DNA of 64,000 bases from an uncultured bacterium (lineage in GTDB: Bacteria > Oederibacteriota > Oederibacteriia > Oederibacteriales > Oederibacteriaceae). The stretch's first letter is position 1. Each line of letters opens with the position of its first letter. This document shows positions 19,076-29,083 of this stretch, piece by piece. Position numbers and translations under genes: made by a program. Location of the stretch: NCBI GenBank assembly GCA_965112635.1, contig OZ218778.1:320001-384000 (forward strand), written 5' to 3'. The notes beneath the pieces were generated by a model. It was not told the DNA's origin. It did no database searches and saw only the letters and a list, made by a program, of their open reading frames with translations.

Positions 19076-20833
19076 TTAATTACGGGTTATTAAAAGATGC
19101 TGATAATCGCTCAATAGCTTGTGGAGTTTTTCTTGATCTCCTGTCTTTGCAGCTTCGGAGATCTGGTGTTTAAGTTCGCTTTTGATCTTGCGCTGGCCTA
19201 AACCTTTCAAGGTGCCCACAACCTCCTTGACGGCCTTGTCGATGTCATCGTATTTATTTTCTTCTAATAATTCTTTGGATATTTGCTTCATCAAGGCGGG
19301 ATTTTCCTCAAGCGCCGACAGGACCGAAGAGACGTTGATCGCTCCCTTTTCCTTGTAGGCTTTCTCCATCATCATAAAAATGTCCCTGTAAATATCGCTC
19401 TTAAAGTCACCGGCCGCCACCTGGTCCATGACGACCCTGATATATTCCGGATGGCTGATCAGCATCAGGACCAACTCCTTTTCGGCGAGGAAAGAATTTG
19501 AATTTTCTGTTTGAATATTCGATAAAACCTCTCTTTTCACATTGGCGATATTGCTAAAACCTTTGCTGAGAGTTTCTTTGGATATGCTCAGCCTCTCAGA
19601 AATGATCTTGAGGAACTCATCCTGTTCGATTTTATTTTCGACCTTTTCCAGAATAGGGAACAGCTCATCCAGCAGCTTGAGTTTATCCTCGATCCCGGGA
19701 TTGGGTAGCTTCTCAAAAGCACGATCAAAACAAAAATCGACAATGGAAGAGGCATTCTGTATCTTGCTCGCCAGCTCTTGGCTTGAAAATTTCTTTAGGA
19801 ATTCGTCCGGGTCTTTGGCTTCTTTGAGCAATACGAATTTTGGCCGCAGCGCCTGCTCAACCAATAAAGTGCCGCTCCGCTTGGCTGCCTTGATCCCCGC
19901 CTCGTCGCTGTCATACATTAAAAGGGCTTGCCGGGTGTATTTCTTCAGGAGCCGTACCTGGTTTTCGGTCAATGCCGTGCCTAAGGGAGCGACGGCGTAG
20001 GTAAATCCGGCCTGATGGCAGGCAAGCACGTCAAAATAACCTTCAACGATCAACGCCCTCTCCTGTTTTTGGACGGCATCTCTGGCTTGATAAAGGCCAT
20101 AAAGATGGTCTCCTTTTGTAAAAATAACCGATTCGGAAGAATTTAAATATTTCGGGAGCGAGTCATCCAAAGCTCTGCCCCCAAAAGCCACGATTTTTCC
20201 GTAAGAATTAAAAATCGGGAATAATACCCTTCCCCTAAAAGCATCAACCCAATCGTGATGATACTGACTGTAAACGGACAGCCCGGATTTTTTGACGATA
20301 TCCATGGAAAATTTCTTCTCCATGGCATGTTGCAGGAACTTTTTCCCCTGGGAAGGAGCATAACCCAGCTTGAATGCTTGGGTGATGTTTTCGTGGATCT
20401 TACGTTGTGCAAAATAATCTCTCGCCACTCCCGCAGAAGCATCCTGGCTCAAATATTGCTGATAAAAAAGGCTGGCTTCCTCATATAATTTATAGATCAA
20501 CTGTTTTTCTTCGTATGCCTTCTGCTCCTGTGGACTGTAATTGATTTCTCGGATCGGAACATGGGCCTTTTCGGCGAGGAATCTGACTGCTTCCTGGAAA
20601 TCCAGATGTTCTATTTTCATGATAAAAGTGAAAACGCTCCCCCCCTCTCCGCAACCAAAACAATGGTAGGCCTGCTTAGTTTGGCTGACAGAGAAAGAAG
20701 GGGTCTTCTCGACATGGAAAGGGCATAAACCTTTATGTTGGTTTCCAGCTTTCTTTAAGGCAACATAACCCGAAATTAATTCGACAATATCAATTTGACT
20801 CTTAATTTTTTCAATGATGTCTTGGGGAAACAT
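19076..20833 (-). CDS. dnaG: DNA primase
   Basis: CPFH...CFGC zinc finger, PKYLNS, TOPRIM IVEGYFD...YDSDEAG. Confidence 0.98.
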   Translation of the reverse strand: MFPQDIIEKIKSQIDIVELISGYVALKKAGNQHKGLCPFHVEKTPSFSVSQTKQAYHCFGCGEGGSVFTFIMKIEHLDFQEAVRFLAEKAHVPIREINYSPQEQKAYEEKQLIYKLYEEASLFYQQYLSQDASAGVARDYFAQRKIHENITQAFKLGYAPSQGKKFLQHAMEKKFSMDIVKKSGLSVYSQYHHDWVDAFRGRVLFPIFNSYGKIVAFGGRALDDSLPKYLNSSESVIFTKGDHLYGLYQARDAVQKQERALIVEGYFDVLACHQAGFTYAVAPLGTALTENQVRLLKKYTRQALLMYDSDEAGIKAAKRSGTLLVEQALRPKFVLLKEAKDPDEFLKKFSSQELASKIQNASSIVDFCFDRAFEKLPNPGIEDKLKLLDELFPILEKVENKIEQDEFLKIISERLSISKETLSKGFSNIANVKREVLSNIQTENSNSFLAEKELVLMLISHPEYIRVVMDQVAAGDFKSDIYRDIFMMMEKAYKEKGAINVSSVLSALEENPALMKQISKELLEENKYDDIDKAVKEVVGTLKGLGQRKIKSELKHQISEAAKTGDQEKLHKLLSDYQHLLITRN

Positions 20834-21025
20834 TATGTCACTCCTTTTAACACACAGAAGAAACAGGAAAAAATCTACACTGGAAAAAACTCCTTAATTC
20901 TTGTATTTTTGCTGAAAAAAACAAGAATTCGTTCCTTTTTTCGATTCTCCCGTCATACTTTAGTGACAGTTATCTTTAGCCACAATTAAGAGCTTGCTAA
21001 ACCGGTAAGAAAAAATGAAGGAGGA

Positions 21026-21223
21026 TTATTGACTTAACAGCCTATTTCTTGCCTGGGCTTTTCTGGCTGCAGCTGCTTGTTTTCTTTTCCGCCTGACTCT
21101 GGGAGGTTCGTAATACTCTCTTTTCCTCATCTCCGTAAGTAGACCCGCGTCCTGGACCTTCTTTTTAAATTTTTTTAGGGCTATTTCAAAAGATTCGTGC
21201 TCCTTGACCTTAACTTCGGCCAT
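21026..21223 (-). CDS. rpsU: 30S ribosomal protein S21
   Basis: [12 protein letters not shown]...RKREYYEPP; rpsU-dnaG-rpoD synteny. Confidence 0.96.
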   Translation of the reverse strand: MAEVKVKEHESFEIALKKFKKKVQDAGLLTEMRKREYYEPPRVRRKRKQAAAARKAQARNRLLSQ

Positions 21224-21313
21224 GCTACTCCTTCCACTTGGTCTGACTAACCTTCTCTACACTTAAAACAGACTGAATTTACATAAAATTTCTAAATAGA
21301 GACAAATTAAGTC

Positions 21314-21344
21314 ATTATATAGCATACGTTTTTTCCAAAGTCAA
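21314..21344 (-). promoter_or_regulatory. Sigma70-type promoter upstream of rpsU
   Basis: TTGACT-N17-TATATAAT with a TG extension. Confidence 0.55.
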
Positions 21345-21475
21345 GAATGGGCTTAAGCGCTTTAAATCCTATATTCAAAATATTTCTTAAGTTTTTGGAA
21401 AGGTTTAAAAAGGAAATTCATGAAATGAATTAAGTTAAGCAATATCAACGTTTTTTAAATATTCTTATCAAAGAA

Positions 21476-21829
21476 TTACCCGGGAGGCCAACCCATCATC
21501 CTGCCACCCAAAACATGGAGGTGGATGTGCATAACATCCTGGCCCCCCAATTTATTGCAGTTAAGAATAGCACGAAATCCATCTTGAGCAATTTTTTGTT
21601 GTGCGGCAATTTTAGACGCCACACGCATCATTTTACCCAACAAAACGTCCTCCGATTCACCAACATCCATTAAGGTGCTTATATGACAGGAAGGCACTAC
21701 TAAAAAATGGACTGGGGCTTGGGGATGAATATCCCTGAACGCTACCACTTCCTCATCACGATAAATAATATCTGCAGGAATCGCTCCTTTCACAATTCGG
21801 CAAAAAAGACAATCTGGTTGGTGATCCGT
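21476..21829 (-). CDS. hinT: Histidine triad nucleotide-binding protein
   Basis: DCLFCRI...FRDIHPQAPVHFLVVP...HIHLHVLGGRMMGWPPG. The conserved N-terminus lies upstream of the track's GTG; probable ACG start at 21829. Confidence 0.9.
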   Translation of the reverse strand, partial: TDHQPDCLFCRIVKGAIPADIIYRDEEVVAFRDIHPQAPVHFLVVPSCHISTLMDVGESEDVLLGKMMRVASKIAAQQKIAQDGFRAILNCNKLGGQDVMHIHLHVLGGRMMGWPPG

Positions 21830-21905
21830 GGTATTTCCTCCCCAAATAAATTGTTTTAAAAAAATAAGAACTTCACCTAGGTGGGAAAATTGAGAGAAAC
21901 TTCGA

Positions 21906-23069
21906 TTAGGCGTTTATCTTCTTAACCGTCTCGTTTAAAGCTAATTTTAATAAACCAAAAGAAGCATTGACATCTGCCACAACATTTAATATTCCCTTTT
22001 TAGTTTCCATCAAAATGATTTGGGATGCTTCTGAACATATGATGATTAATCCCACGCCACCCCACTGCATTCTCATGGTAACACCAGCAGTCTTTTTGAA
22101 AAGCTGAATACCGGCTTCCCCGGCTCCCTTTTCATCCATACCTTTTACGAACGCATTGACGACCACCTGACCCGTCGGGGTGACAAGCATGCTACCCAAG
22201 ATGCCGCTTTTTTTGTTGAGGTCTTGTAAAATCGCTTCTAAATTAGAATCGAACGAAACAGGGGGGTTAGCCACAGCCACCTCTTGTGCCGGAACTTTCT
22301 GCTCCTTTACCGGCTCAGTGGCCTTAGGGGCAGCAGCGGGTTCCGAGGGCTCTCCTTTTTCATAGATCATACCACCGAGTGTTTTCATAACACTCAATAG
22401 ATCATCCCCAGTAATATTATCGGATTCGAAAGAGGCCCTAGAGGTTTCTGTAAACATACCTGGAAGGGATGATTCTTTGGAGGGTGTTGCTAATTGAACG
22501 ACAGGTTCTTTAGCAATATTACTTTCTTGCTGAACGCTTTCTTTTTTTACTTCCTCTGCTTTACCTTCTTCTTTTTTAACTGGTTCTTTAACGGGTTCCT
22601 TTGGAGCTGACTTCTTCTTTTCGTTTTTGGATGATTCAACCTGCTCCGGAACAATCCCCAATTTAGCCTGAACCTCAGCCATAAGACTTTGAATAGCGGT
22701 ATTATCCGGGTTGATACCCAATATCCAATCGCATTCTTGAAGAACTTTTTCTAGCTCACCTTGAATATTAAAAATATTGGCTATATAACTCCTGGCCAAA
22801 ATATTATTCGGCTCAATTTCAATGACTTTCTTGAACTCAGCTAAGGCTTCTGCATACATTCTTTTTTCCATATAGGCCCTGCCAATACATACTCTGGCGC
22901 TCATATAGGTAGGATGAATGACCAAGCCCTTTTGACAAACCTCAATAGCCTCGTCCCACATGCCATTTTTTCTATAGGTTTCTGCTAGAGGAAGAAAAAC
23001 TAATGATTCGGGATTTTGCTCTAATTTCTTCTGATATTCTTCGATTTCAGCGCGGGGGTCTTTAGGCAC
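21906..23069 (-). CDS. TPR protein fused to a C-terminal roadblock/LC7 domain
   Basis: N-terminal TPRs (FLPLAETYRKNG...EAIEVCQKGL), Glu/Lys/Pro linker, C-terminal GILGSMLVTPTGQVV...LNVVADVNASFGLL. Confidence 0.75.
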   Translation of the reverse strand: MPKDPRAEIEEYQKKLEQNPESLVFLPLAETYRKNGMWDEAIEVCQKGLVIHPTYMSARVCIGRAYMEKRMYAEALAEFKKVIEIEPNNILARSYIANIFNIQGELEKVLQECDWILGINPDNTAIQSLMAEVQAKLGIVPEQVESSKNEKKKSAPKEPVKEPVKKEEGKAEEVKKESVQQESNIAKEPVVQLATPSKESSLPGMFTETSRASFESDNITGDDLLSVMKTLGGMIYEKGEPSEPAAAPKATEPVKEQKVPAQEVAVANPPVSFDSNLEAILQDLNKKSGILGSMLVTPTGQVVVNAFVKGMDEKGAGEAGIQLFKKTAGVTMRMQWGGVGLIIICSEASQIILMETKKGILNVVADVNASFGLLKLALNETVKKINA

Positions 23070-23077
23070 TTATCCTC

Positions 23078-24167
23078 CTAAGAACAGCACTCTTTTAAAA
23101 CTGCATGGCAAATACTTTTTGGCGGGTTTTTAAGCAGTATAACATGGCCAATTTGGCGTGTCAATATAAGGCAAATTGCACCTAATCGCACCTTCTTATC
23201 CAATCGCATGGCATTCTCGATCCTCCCCACCGAACAGTTTCGGGCTTCAGTAGGCAATCCCACTGCTTTTAGAAGGTTAATGATTCTGTCTTTAACGTCT
23301 TTGGAACACAATCCCAACTCACAAGATAATTTGGAGGCAAAAACCATCCCTATAGAAATGGCTTCCCCATGGCTGAATTCCTTTGTAACCACTCACGGTT
23401 TCAATAGCATGCCCTACGGTATGGCCAAAATTTAAAAAGGCTCTTTTTCCTTTTTCTTCTCTCTCGTCCTTTTCAACAATCCTGGCTTTAATGAGACTTG
23501 TCCTCCAGATAATATGCTCCATAACGCTTGCTTTCAATTTGAGGATATCTTGGACATGGTTTTCAATGAATAAAAAGAGGTCTGGATCTCCAACCACGGC
23601 GCTTTTAATAATTTCAGCTAAACCATTTCTTATTTCCCTAAGGGGCAAGCTTTTCAAATACCCTAGTGAACTAAAAACTAAACGGGGCTGGTAAAAGCAA
23701 CCGATCATATTCTTTCCGCTGGGATGATCGATGGCAACTTTGCCTCCGATGCTGGAGTCAACCTGGGCCAAAAGAGAAGTGGGAACTTGTACCAACGGCA
23801 TTCCTCTTCGATAAGTTGCGGCGACAAATCCCCCCAAATCACCGACTACCCCCCCACCCATGGCCACGAATGTGGCACCCTGGTCCACCTTGGCGCGGAG
23901 CAGCCTACTATAAAGAAAGCATGCCATCTTCCATGATTTTGTTCTCTCCCCTTCTGGCACCAATATAACCTCGATCCGTGAGCCCTGCTTCCTGATAAAT
24001 TTCTCAAGTTGTCTGCCATATAAATCATAGAGCCGCGGATGAGTTAACAGCACAATCCAGTGATGTGCTGCCTGTTTTTTTAGTACTCCTATCAATTGGT
24101 TATTTGTAAATGCGCCCACATAAATAGGATATGAGTTGTTCTTTAAATTAACCCTAATTGTTTTCAT
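23078..24167 (-). pseudogene. aroB: 3-dehydroquinate synthase, split by a +1 frameshift near 23380-23385
   Basis: GGGVVGDLGGF, PTSLLAQVDSSIGGK and LNFGHTVGHAIE in one frame; HGEAISIGM...MRLDKK in another. May be a sequencing error. Confidence 0.85.
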
Positions 24168-24679
24168 GTATAGCCCTTCTTACGCACTGCCCCTATAATT
24201 TTATTGATAACCTGGCTTATGGTTTTGCCAGACGTAACCACGGAAAAATCAGCCATAGCATAATATTTCTCCCGAGCCTTAAATAATTTACGGACTACTT
24301 GTTCAATATTGCCTCTCAGCAAAGGCCTGGTCCGATTACTATCCTTCAGCCTTCGTAAGATCTCGCCTATCGAAGCCTTAAGGCGGATACTTATCGCCAA
24401 CCTTCGTATGGCCAACCTGTTTTTTCCCACTAAAATAATGCCGCCACCTGTTGCTAAAACAACGCCTGATTCTTTTAAAATATTACACAGAACCCTTGAT
24501 TCTAATTTTCTGAAATATTTTTCCCCTTTTTCTTCGAAAATATCCGAAACTGAGCGACCCTCCCTTTTTTCGATTAGCGCATCCGTATCAAAAAATCTCA
24601 AATTTAATTTTTTCGCTAGTCGCTTGCCAACGAGGGTCTTTCCAGTAGCCATAAATCCAATTAATACAATGTTTTTCAT
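24164..24679 (-). CDS. aroK: Shikimate kinase
   Basis: GFMATGKT, GEKYFRKLE, ATGGG, RPLL. Confidence 0.96.
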   Translation of the reverse strand: MKNIVLIGFMATGKTLVGKRLAKKLNLRFFDTDALIEKREGRSVSDIFEEKGEKYFRKLESRVLCNILKESGVVLATGGGIILVGKNRLAIRRLAISIRLKASIGEILRRLKDSNRTRPLLRGNIEQVVRKLFKAREKYYAMADFSVVTSGKTISQVINKIIGAVRKKGYT

Positions 24680-24686
24680 GAGGTAG

Positions 24687-25847
24687 CTAAAAGGTTTCGA
24701 GCTGATGGACGTAATGCTTAAAGTTTTGCTTCATTTCAAAAAGAGAGTCTCCCCCAAATTTTTCCCTCATTGCTTTGGCGATCTCGATGGCGACTACAGC
24801 CTCGCCAATGACCGAAGCTGAAGGGACAGCGCATACATCTGAACGCTCCATCGAAGCTTTTTGAACTTTCTTGGTATGAATATCCACCGAATTCAAAGGT
24901 TTCATGAGCGTAGAGATGGGCTTCATGGCCGCCCGGATCACGATGGTTTGTCCGTTAGACATTCCGCCCTCAATGCCCCCTGCTCCATTGGTTTTGCGAT
25001 AAAACAATCGCTTGCTTGGATGATAATAAATAGCATCGTGGACTCTGGAACCTGGCAATTGGCCGGCTTGAAAACCTAATCCAACATCAACTCCTTTGAT
25101 GGCTTGGATACTCATCAAAGCCCTGGCAATATTCCCATCCAGTTTATCTTCCCAATGTGTATAGGAACCCAAACCTACCGGGACATTTACAACTAAGATT
25201 TCAATCACCCCGCCTAGCGCATCTCCTGCTCTTTTCATTTTTTCAATAAGATTCATCGCCCTTTTCTCTGCATTTTTATCTGCCATCCTCACGGGGGACA
25301 AGTCAGCAGTCTTCTGGATTTGTAGGGGATTCAAATGAGTTTTTGAAACAACGTCCCCTATCCTCACAACATGGCTGACAACCTGGATGGAATATTCACA
25401 CAATAGTTTTTTTGCGCATGCTCCTACAGCCGTGCGCACGGCCGTCTCTCTTGCGCTTGCCCTTTCTAAAACATCACGGATGTCATTCAATCTATATTTC
25501 AAAACACCAGCCAGGTCAGCATGACCCGGACGAGGTCGAGTCACAGGCTTGATTTTTGCTTGTGACCCACCCTCAACCCTCATGATTTCCTGCCAATGCG
25601 CCCAATCATGATTATCGATTTCTAGGGCTACAGGGCTTCCAAGGGTTTTGCCAAACCGGACCCCGGAAAGAATCCTAACCTGGTCTTTTTCGATAGTCAT
25701 CCTTTGGCCCCTTCCAAATCCTCTTTGCCTTCTTTCCAGTTCCGGATTGATATCTTGGGCCGACAGGCATAGACCTGAAGGAAGCCCTTGGATAATGGCC
25801 AAAAGAGACTGGCCGTGGGATTCTCCAGCGGTGATATAGGAAAACAT
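24687..25847 (-). CDS. aroC: Chorismate synthase
   Basis: TAGESHG, PRPGHADL, ERASARETA, AMKPIST. Confidence 0.97.
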   Translation of the reverse strand: MFSYITAGESHGQSLLAIIQGLPSGLCLSAQDINPELERRQRGFGRGQRMTIEKDQVRILSGVRFGKTLGSPVALEIDNHDWAHWQEIMRVEGGSQAKIKPVTRPRPGHADLAGVLKYRLNDIRDVLERASARETAVRTAVGACAKKLLCEYSIQVVSHVVRIGDVVSKTHLNPLQIQKTADLSPVRMADKNAEKRAMNLIEKMKRAGDALGGVIEILVVNVPVGLGSYTHWEDKLDGNIARALMSIQAIKGVDVGLGFQAGQLPGSRVHDAIYYHPSKRLFYRKTNGAGGIEGGMSNGQTIVIRAAMKPISTLMKPLNSVDIHTKKVQKASMERSDVCAVPSASVIGEAVVAIEIAKAMREKFGGDSLFEMKQNFKHYVHQLETF

Positions 25848-25864
25848 TTTTTGCTCCTTAATAG

Positions 25865-25901
25865 AACAGGCAGGCTCTCAAAACATCATGGCCTGCCTGT
25901 T
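25865..25901. terminator. 11-bp stem hairpin between pilQ and aroC
   Basis: AACAGGCAGGC-N15-GCCTGCCTGTT; weak U-tract, so it may be a stabiliser or attenuator instead. Confidence 0.4.
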
Positions 25902-25937
25902 TCTCAATAGACGATTCTTCAACACTTATATTTATCT

Positions 25938-28037
25938 CTATTTGATAATATGAGGTGTCAAGAATATAAGTAACTCGATCTTCTCCTTGGTAACTGAGCT
26001 ACCTTTAAATAACATGCCAAGTAAAGGAATATCGCCTAGAACAGGGATCTTATATTCCTGTTTTTGGTCCTGATCCTTGATCATACCTCCAATAACAATG
26101 GTTTGACCATCCTGGACAGCCACAACACTGGTCACCGCCCTAGAATTGGTGGGGGGCGGACCATTGGCAATCGCGGCGCCGGTCTGAGAAACCACATTCA
26201 CAGTTAGAGGATGCAACGTGACCGTCTTATCATCGTTGCCAATCTCTGGTTGAATGCTTAAGGAAATCGGCAAATTTAAAAAATTAACGGTCTGAGTAGT
26301 TATAGTTTCAGGAGGATTCCCAGTGCTGGTGGTTGTCGGCACTCCCAAATAAGGAATGGTATCTTGGATAGTAAAATTAGCCAGGGTTCGGTCGAGAGCT
26401 GCAATTTTGGGGGTAGAAAGAATATTCGCTGTTCCTACTGACTCCATAGCAGCAAGCTGGGTAGAAAGGGCATGAGTATCTTGAATGCTTCCTATATTCA
26501 AATACGAAGTCATTGCATTACTGGCAATACTATTGTTACTCAGAAATGCGGTAGTGGGGTTCGCAGTTTGAAGGTTGCCCTGTGGTCCGTTAGTTAATTT
26601 CCAATTGATTCCCAAATCAGTTTCTTTATTCAGAGATACCTCAACTAACATCGCCTCGATCATAACTTGCTTCAAGGGGATATCCAATTGTTTGATCAAA
26701 CTTTCAATGGCAGGCATATTGTCAACAATATCTGTGACCACCAAACTGTTTGTTCTGGGATCGATCACCACCTTGCCATTTGAACCTTTTGACATAACAG
26801 AACCCTTAAGGATATCTGCGATCCGCTGCAAATTCGTTACATTCCAATCTTGAGCAGCACCGCCAGTCAGAACAGGGTCAGTGCTGGGAAAATTGAGGGT
26901 GAACACGCGGGTCACGATTGTTCCGGATGGCTCACTGTTTTGCGAAGCCTTTTTCTGAGTTGCCTGGCCAGAGGTGGCGCTCTGTACAGATCCTTTTTTT
27001 ATTGGTATCGCTAAGGCTCCTAGATCCACCATCGTTTCTTTTATTACTTCAAGATCATCGTCGGTACCTTTTAAAATAATATTGTTATTGGTTGTATCGG
27101 CGGTTAATTTGCCAACCCCAGTTTTGAGAACAGTGGAAAGCTGTCCCTGCAAAGTGCTAACATCTGCATTTTGTATAGTCAGCACTTCTGTGCTCTGGGG
27201 CAAAAGAGCTTTTTGAGCGGCAAGATCTTGCGCCATCCCCACATAAATCATACCTCTTTGAACATCAAAGTCATAATTTCCTGTTATTTGACCTACCACC
27301 ATACCTAAGGCCTCGAGAACCGTTACTTTGTCCGCCTTCACGGTTATCAACAAGCCTTGTATACTCTTATTGATAGTAATACCCAACCCTGCCTCAGCAG
27401 CCAAACCTGTTAACACCCCCGTAGCTTCCCCGCTTGTCACATCCAGAGAGACTAATTTCTTCAGCTTTTTCTGAGTAGCTTGGGGAGACAAGGGAACAAC
27501 TTCTGACGGTAGCGCCTCAAAGCCAAGATCCGACTTGCTCTTTTCTTCCTTTTTAACCGCAAAGAACAGCTGTGTGTCTGTTTGAAAAACTTGGTAAGCC
27601 ATAGCCTGTGTTAACTGAACAACCACCTTCACTTCCGCAGGAACTTTAATAACAGTATTAGTTACAGAGACGATATCCCCTTCGGAACTAGTCAATTCTA
27701 AAGGAGGGCCCATTAAAACCGCCTGGGGAATATTCAAAACTACTTGGTTCTTGGCAGCGCCTTTGGTCACCGTATATTTCAAATGGCTATCGCTGGTGAT
27801 CACCAGCTGAGACACTTCCTCTAGCTCCCTAATCTCCATATCCGTGATCTTAATAAGTTCAACTTCAGAACCTGTCGCTGGCGTTAATGCGGAAGAAGGT
27901 TTTGCAACTGCAACGGCCGCCTGGATCTGACAAACCTCTGTCAATAACATCAGCACTAATAATGTGAAAATTAATTCCACACCAGTATTGGTAATGCCCA
28001 AACCTTTTCTCTCCAGCCTCCCTTTCACCTGCATCAC
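25938..28037 (-). CDS. pilQ: Type IV pilus secretin
   Basis: AMIN-like N-terminus, DPRTNSLVV, LDIPLKQVMIEA, KIPVLGDIPLLGMLF...ELLIFLTPHII. Confidence 0.93.
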   Translation of the reverse strand: MMQVKGRLERKGLGITNTGVELIFTLLVLMLLTEVCQIQAAVAVAKPSSALTPATGSEVELIKITDMEIRELEEVSQLVITSDSHLKYTVTKGAAKNQVVLNIPQAVLMGPPLELTSSEGDIVSVTNTVIKVPAEVKVVVQLTQAMAYQVFQTDTQLFFAVKKEEKSKSDLGFEALPSEVVPLSPQATQKKLKKLVSLDVTSGEATGVLTGLAAEAGLGITINKSIQGLLITVKADKVTVLEALGMVVGQITGNYDFDVQRGMIYVGMAQDLAAQKALLPQSTEVLTIQNADVSTLQGQLSTVLKTGVGKLTADTTNNNIILKGTDDDLEVIKETMVDLGALAIPIKKGSVQSATSGQATQKKASQNSEPSGTIVTRVFTLNFPSTDPVLTGGAAQDWNVTNLQRIADILKGSVMSKGSNGKVVIDPRTNSLVVTDIVDNMPAIESLIKQLDIPLKQVMIEAMLVEVSLNKETDLGINWKLTNGPQGNLQTANPTTAFLSNNSIASNAMTSYLNIGSIQDTHALSTQLAAMESVGTANILSTPKIAALDRTLANFTIQDTIPYLGVPTTTSTGNPPETITTQTVNFLNLPISLSIQPEIGNDDKTVTLHPLTVNVVSQTGAAIANGPPPTNSRAVTSVVAVQDGQTIVIGGMIKDQDQKQEYKIPVLGDIPLLGMLFKGSSVTKEKIELLIFLTPHIIK

Positions 28038-29074
28038 TCCTCTCCCTCTTTGAGGTTAAAATTTATTTCCTTGTTCCCCTGAGTTAAAATTACATCCTTA
28101 TGGTCAATAATGCCAGTAACTCCCTTGATTTTCCAATTGTGGTTATCCAAGAGCCTTCCTTTCCTCAGTAAATAGACACTACCCGGCTTTGTCTTATCCC
28201 GGAAAATAGCCTCATTCCCTTCCTCCCCGGCGACATAACCGGTCAATTCTAAATTATTAATGTCAACTGAACTCAAATCGATATTATTGGTATAGGGTTC
28301 AAAGGGATTTCTCCGATTTTTTTCTTCATATACTGTCAGAGGTTTTATCCGCAATATGTCCTCATTGCCTCCTGGCTCCTGCGACATCCCCAACTTTATT
28401 CTCGCCTTTGAGGCCTCATAATACTCCATATCTTCCGGGCCAATCTTATCATACTCTTTGAGAGCTTCTTGGATCTTGCCGGTCTTCTCAAACCATTGAG
28501 CAAGGGTGAAATGAGCATAAGAATTTTTTGGGTCAACGCTGATCCACTTTAACAAACTTTTATAAACGTCCTTGGTTTGCCCTCTCCTTGAATATTCTTC
28601 AACAAGACGTTGGTAAGCCAAAGGATACGGAAACCGAAAAACGCAGTTCTGGTAAGATTTTAAAGCATCATCCCACATTCTTTTCTTGGCATAAAGATCG
28701 CCTTTGGCGATTATAGGTACAAAATCCATAGCATCCCATTTGGCGGCCAATGAATATTCAGATAAAGCTTTGTCAAAAACACCCTGGTACACATAGGAAA
28801 GGCCCAGATACATATGCGCTTGGCTAAAAGATGGATGGAGAGCGGCTTCCTTTTGGATTAATGCAAAACTTTTCTGGAACTGGTCAACATCTATCCTTCC
28901 CCCACTATACCAAGGTAAAGCTTCTTCAATTGCATTAATAGTGTTTTCAAACGAAGTGGTATCGCCATATACAGAAGAAAAAAGACCACTATGTAGAAGC
29001 ATAACAATAAAGACAGCTAATAAAAAATATTTTCTTAGGATCACAACAAATTCCTTTATATAATATTTAGTCAT
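28034..29074 (-). CDS. TPR-repeat protein with a C-terminal PilP-like domain
   Basis: Occupies the pilP position; TPRs followed by RRNPFEPY...NLELTGYV. Confidence 0.65.
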   Translation of the reverse strand: MTKYYIKEFVVILRKYFLLAVFIVMLLHSGLFSSVYGDTTSFENTINAIEEALPWYSGGRIDVDQFQKSFALIQKEAALHPSFSQAHMYLGLSYVYQGVFDKALSEYSLAAKWDAMDFVPIIAKGDLYAKKRMWDDALKSYQNCVFRFPYPLAYQRLVEEYSRRGQTKDVYKSLLKWISVDPKNSYAHFTLAQWFEKTGKIQEALKEYDKIGPEDMEYYEASKARIKLGMSQEPGGNEDILRIKPLTVYEEKNRRNPFEPYTNNIDLSSVDINNLELTGYVAGEEGNEAIFRDKTKPGSVYLLRKGRLLDNHNWKIKGVTGIIDHKDVILTQGNKEINFNLKEGEE

Positions 29075-29083
29075 CGATGCTCC

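Noticed and set aside
21276-21303. dif-like site (GTCTCTATTTA-GAAATT-TTATGTAAATT on the - strand)
   Set aside because: The XerD-like arm is plausible, but the XerC arm lacks the TAA core; likely chance in AT-rich DNA.
23078-23392. Independent 104-aa gene
   Set aside because: It is the frameshifted C-terminus of AroB.
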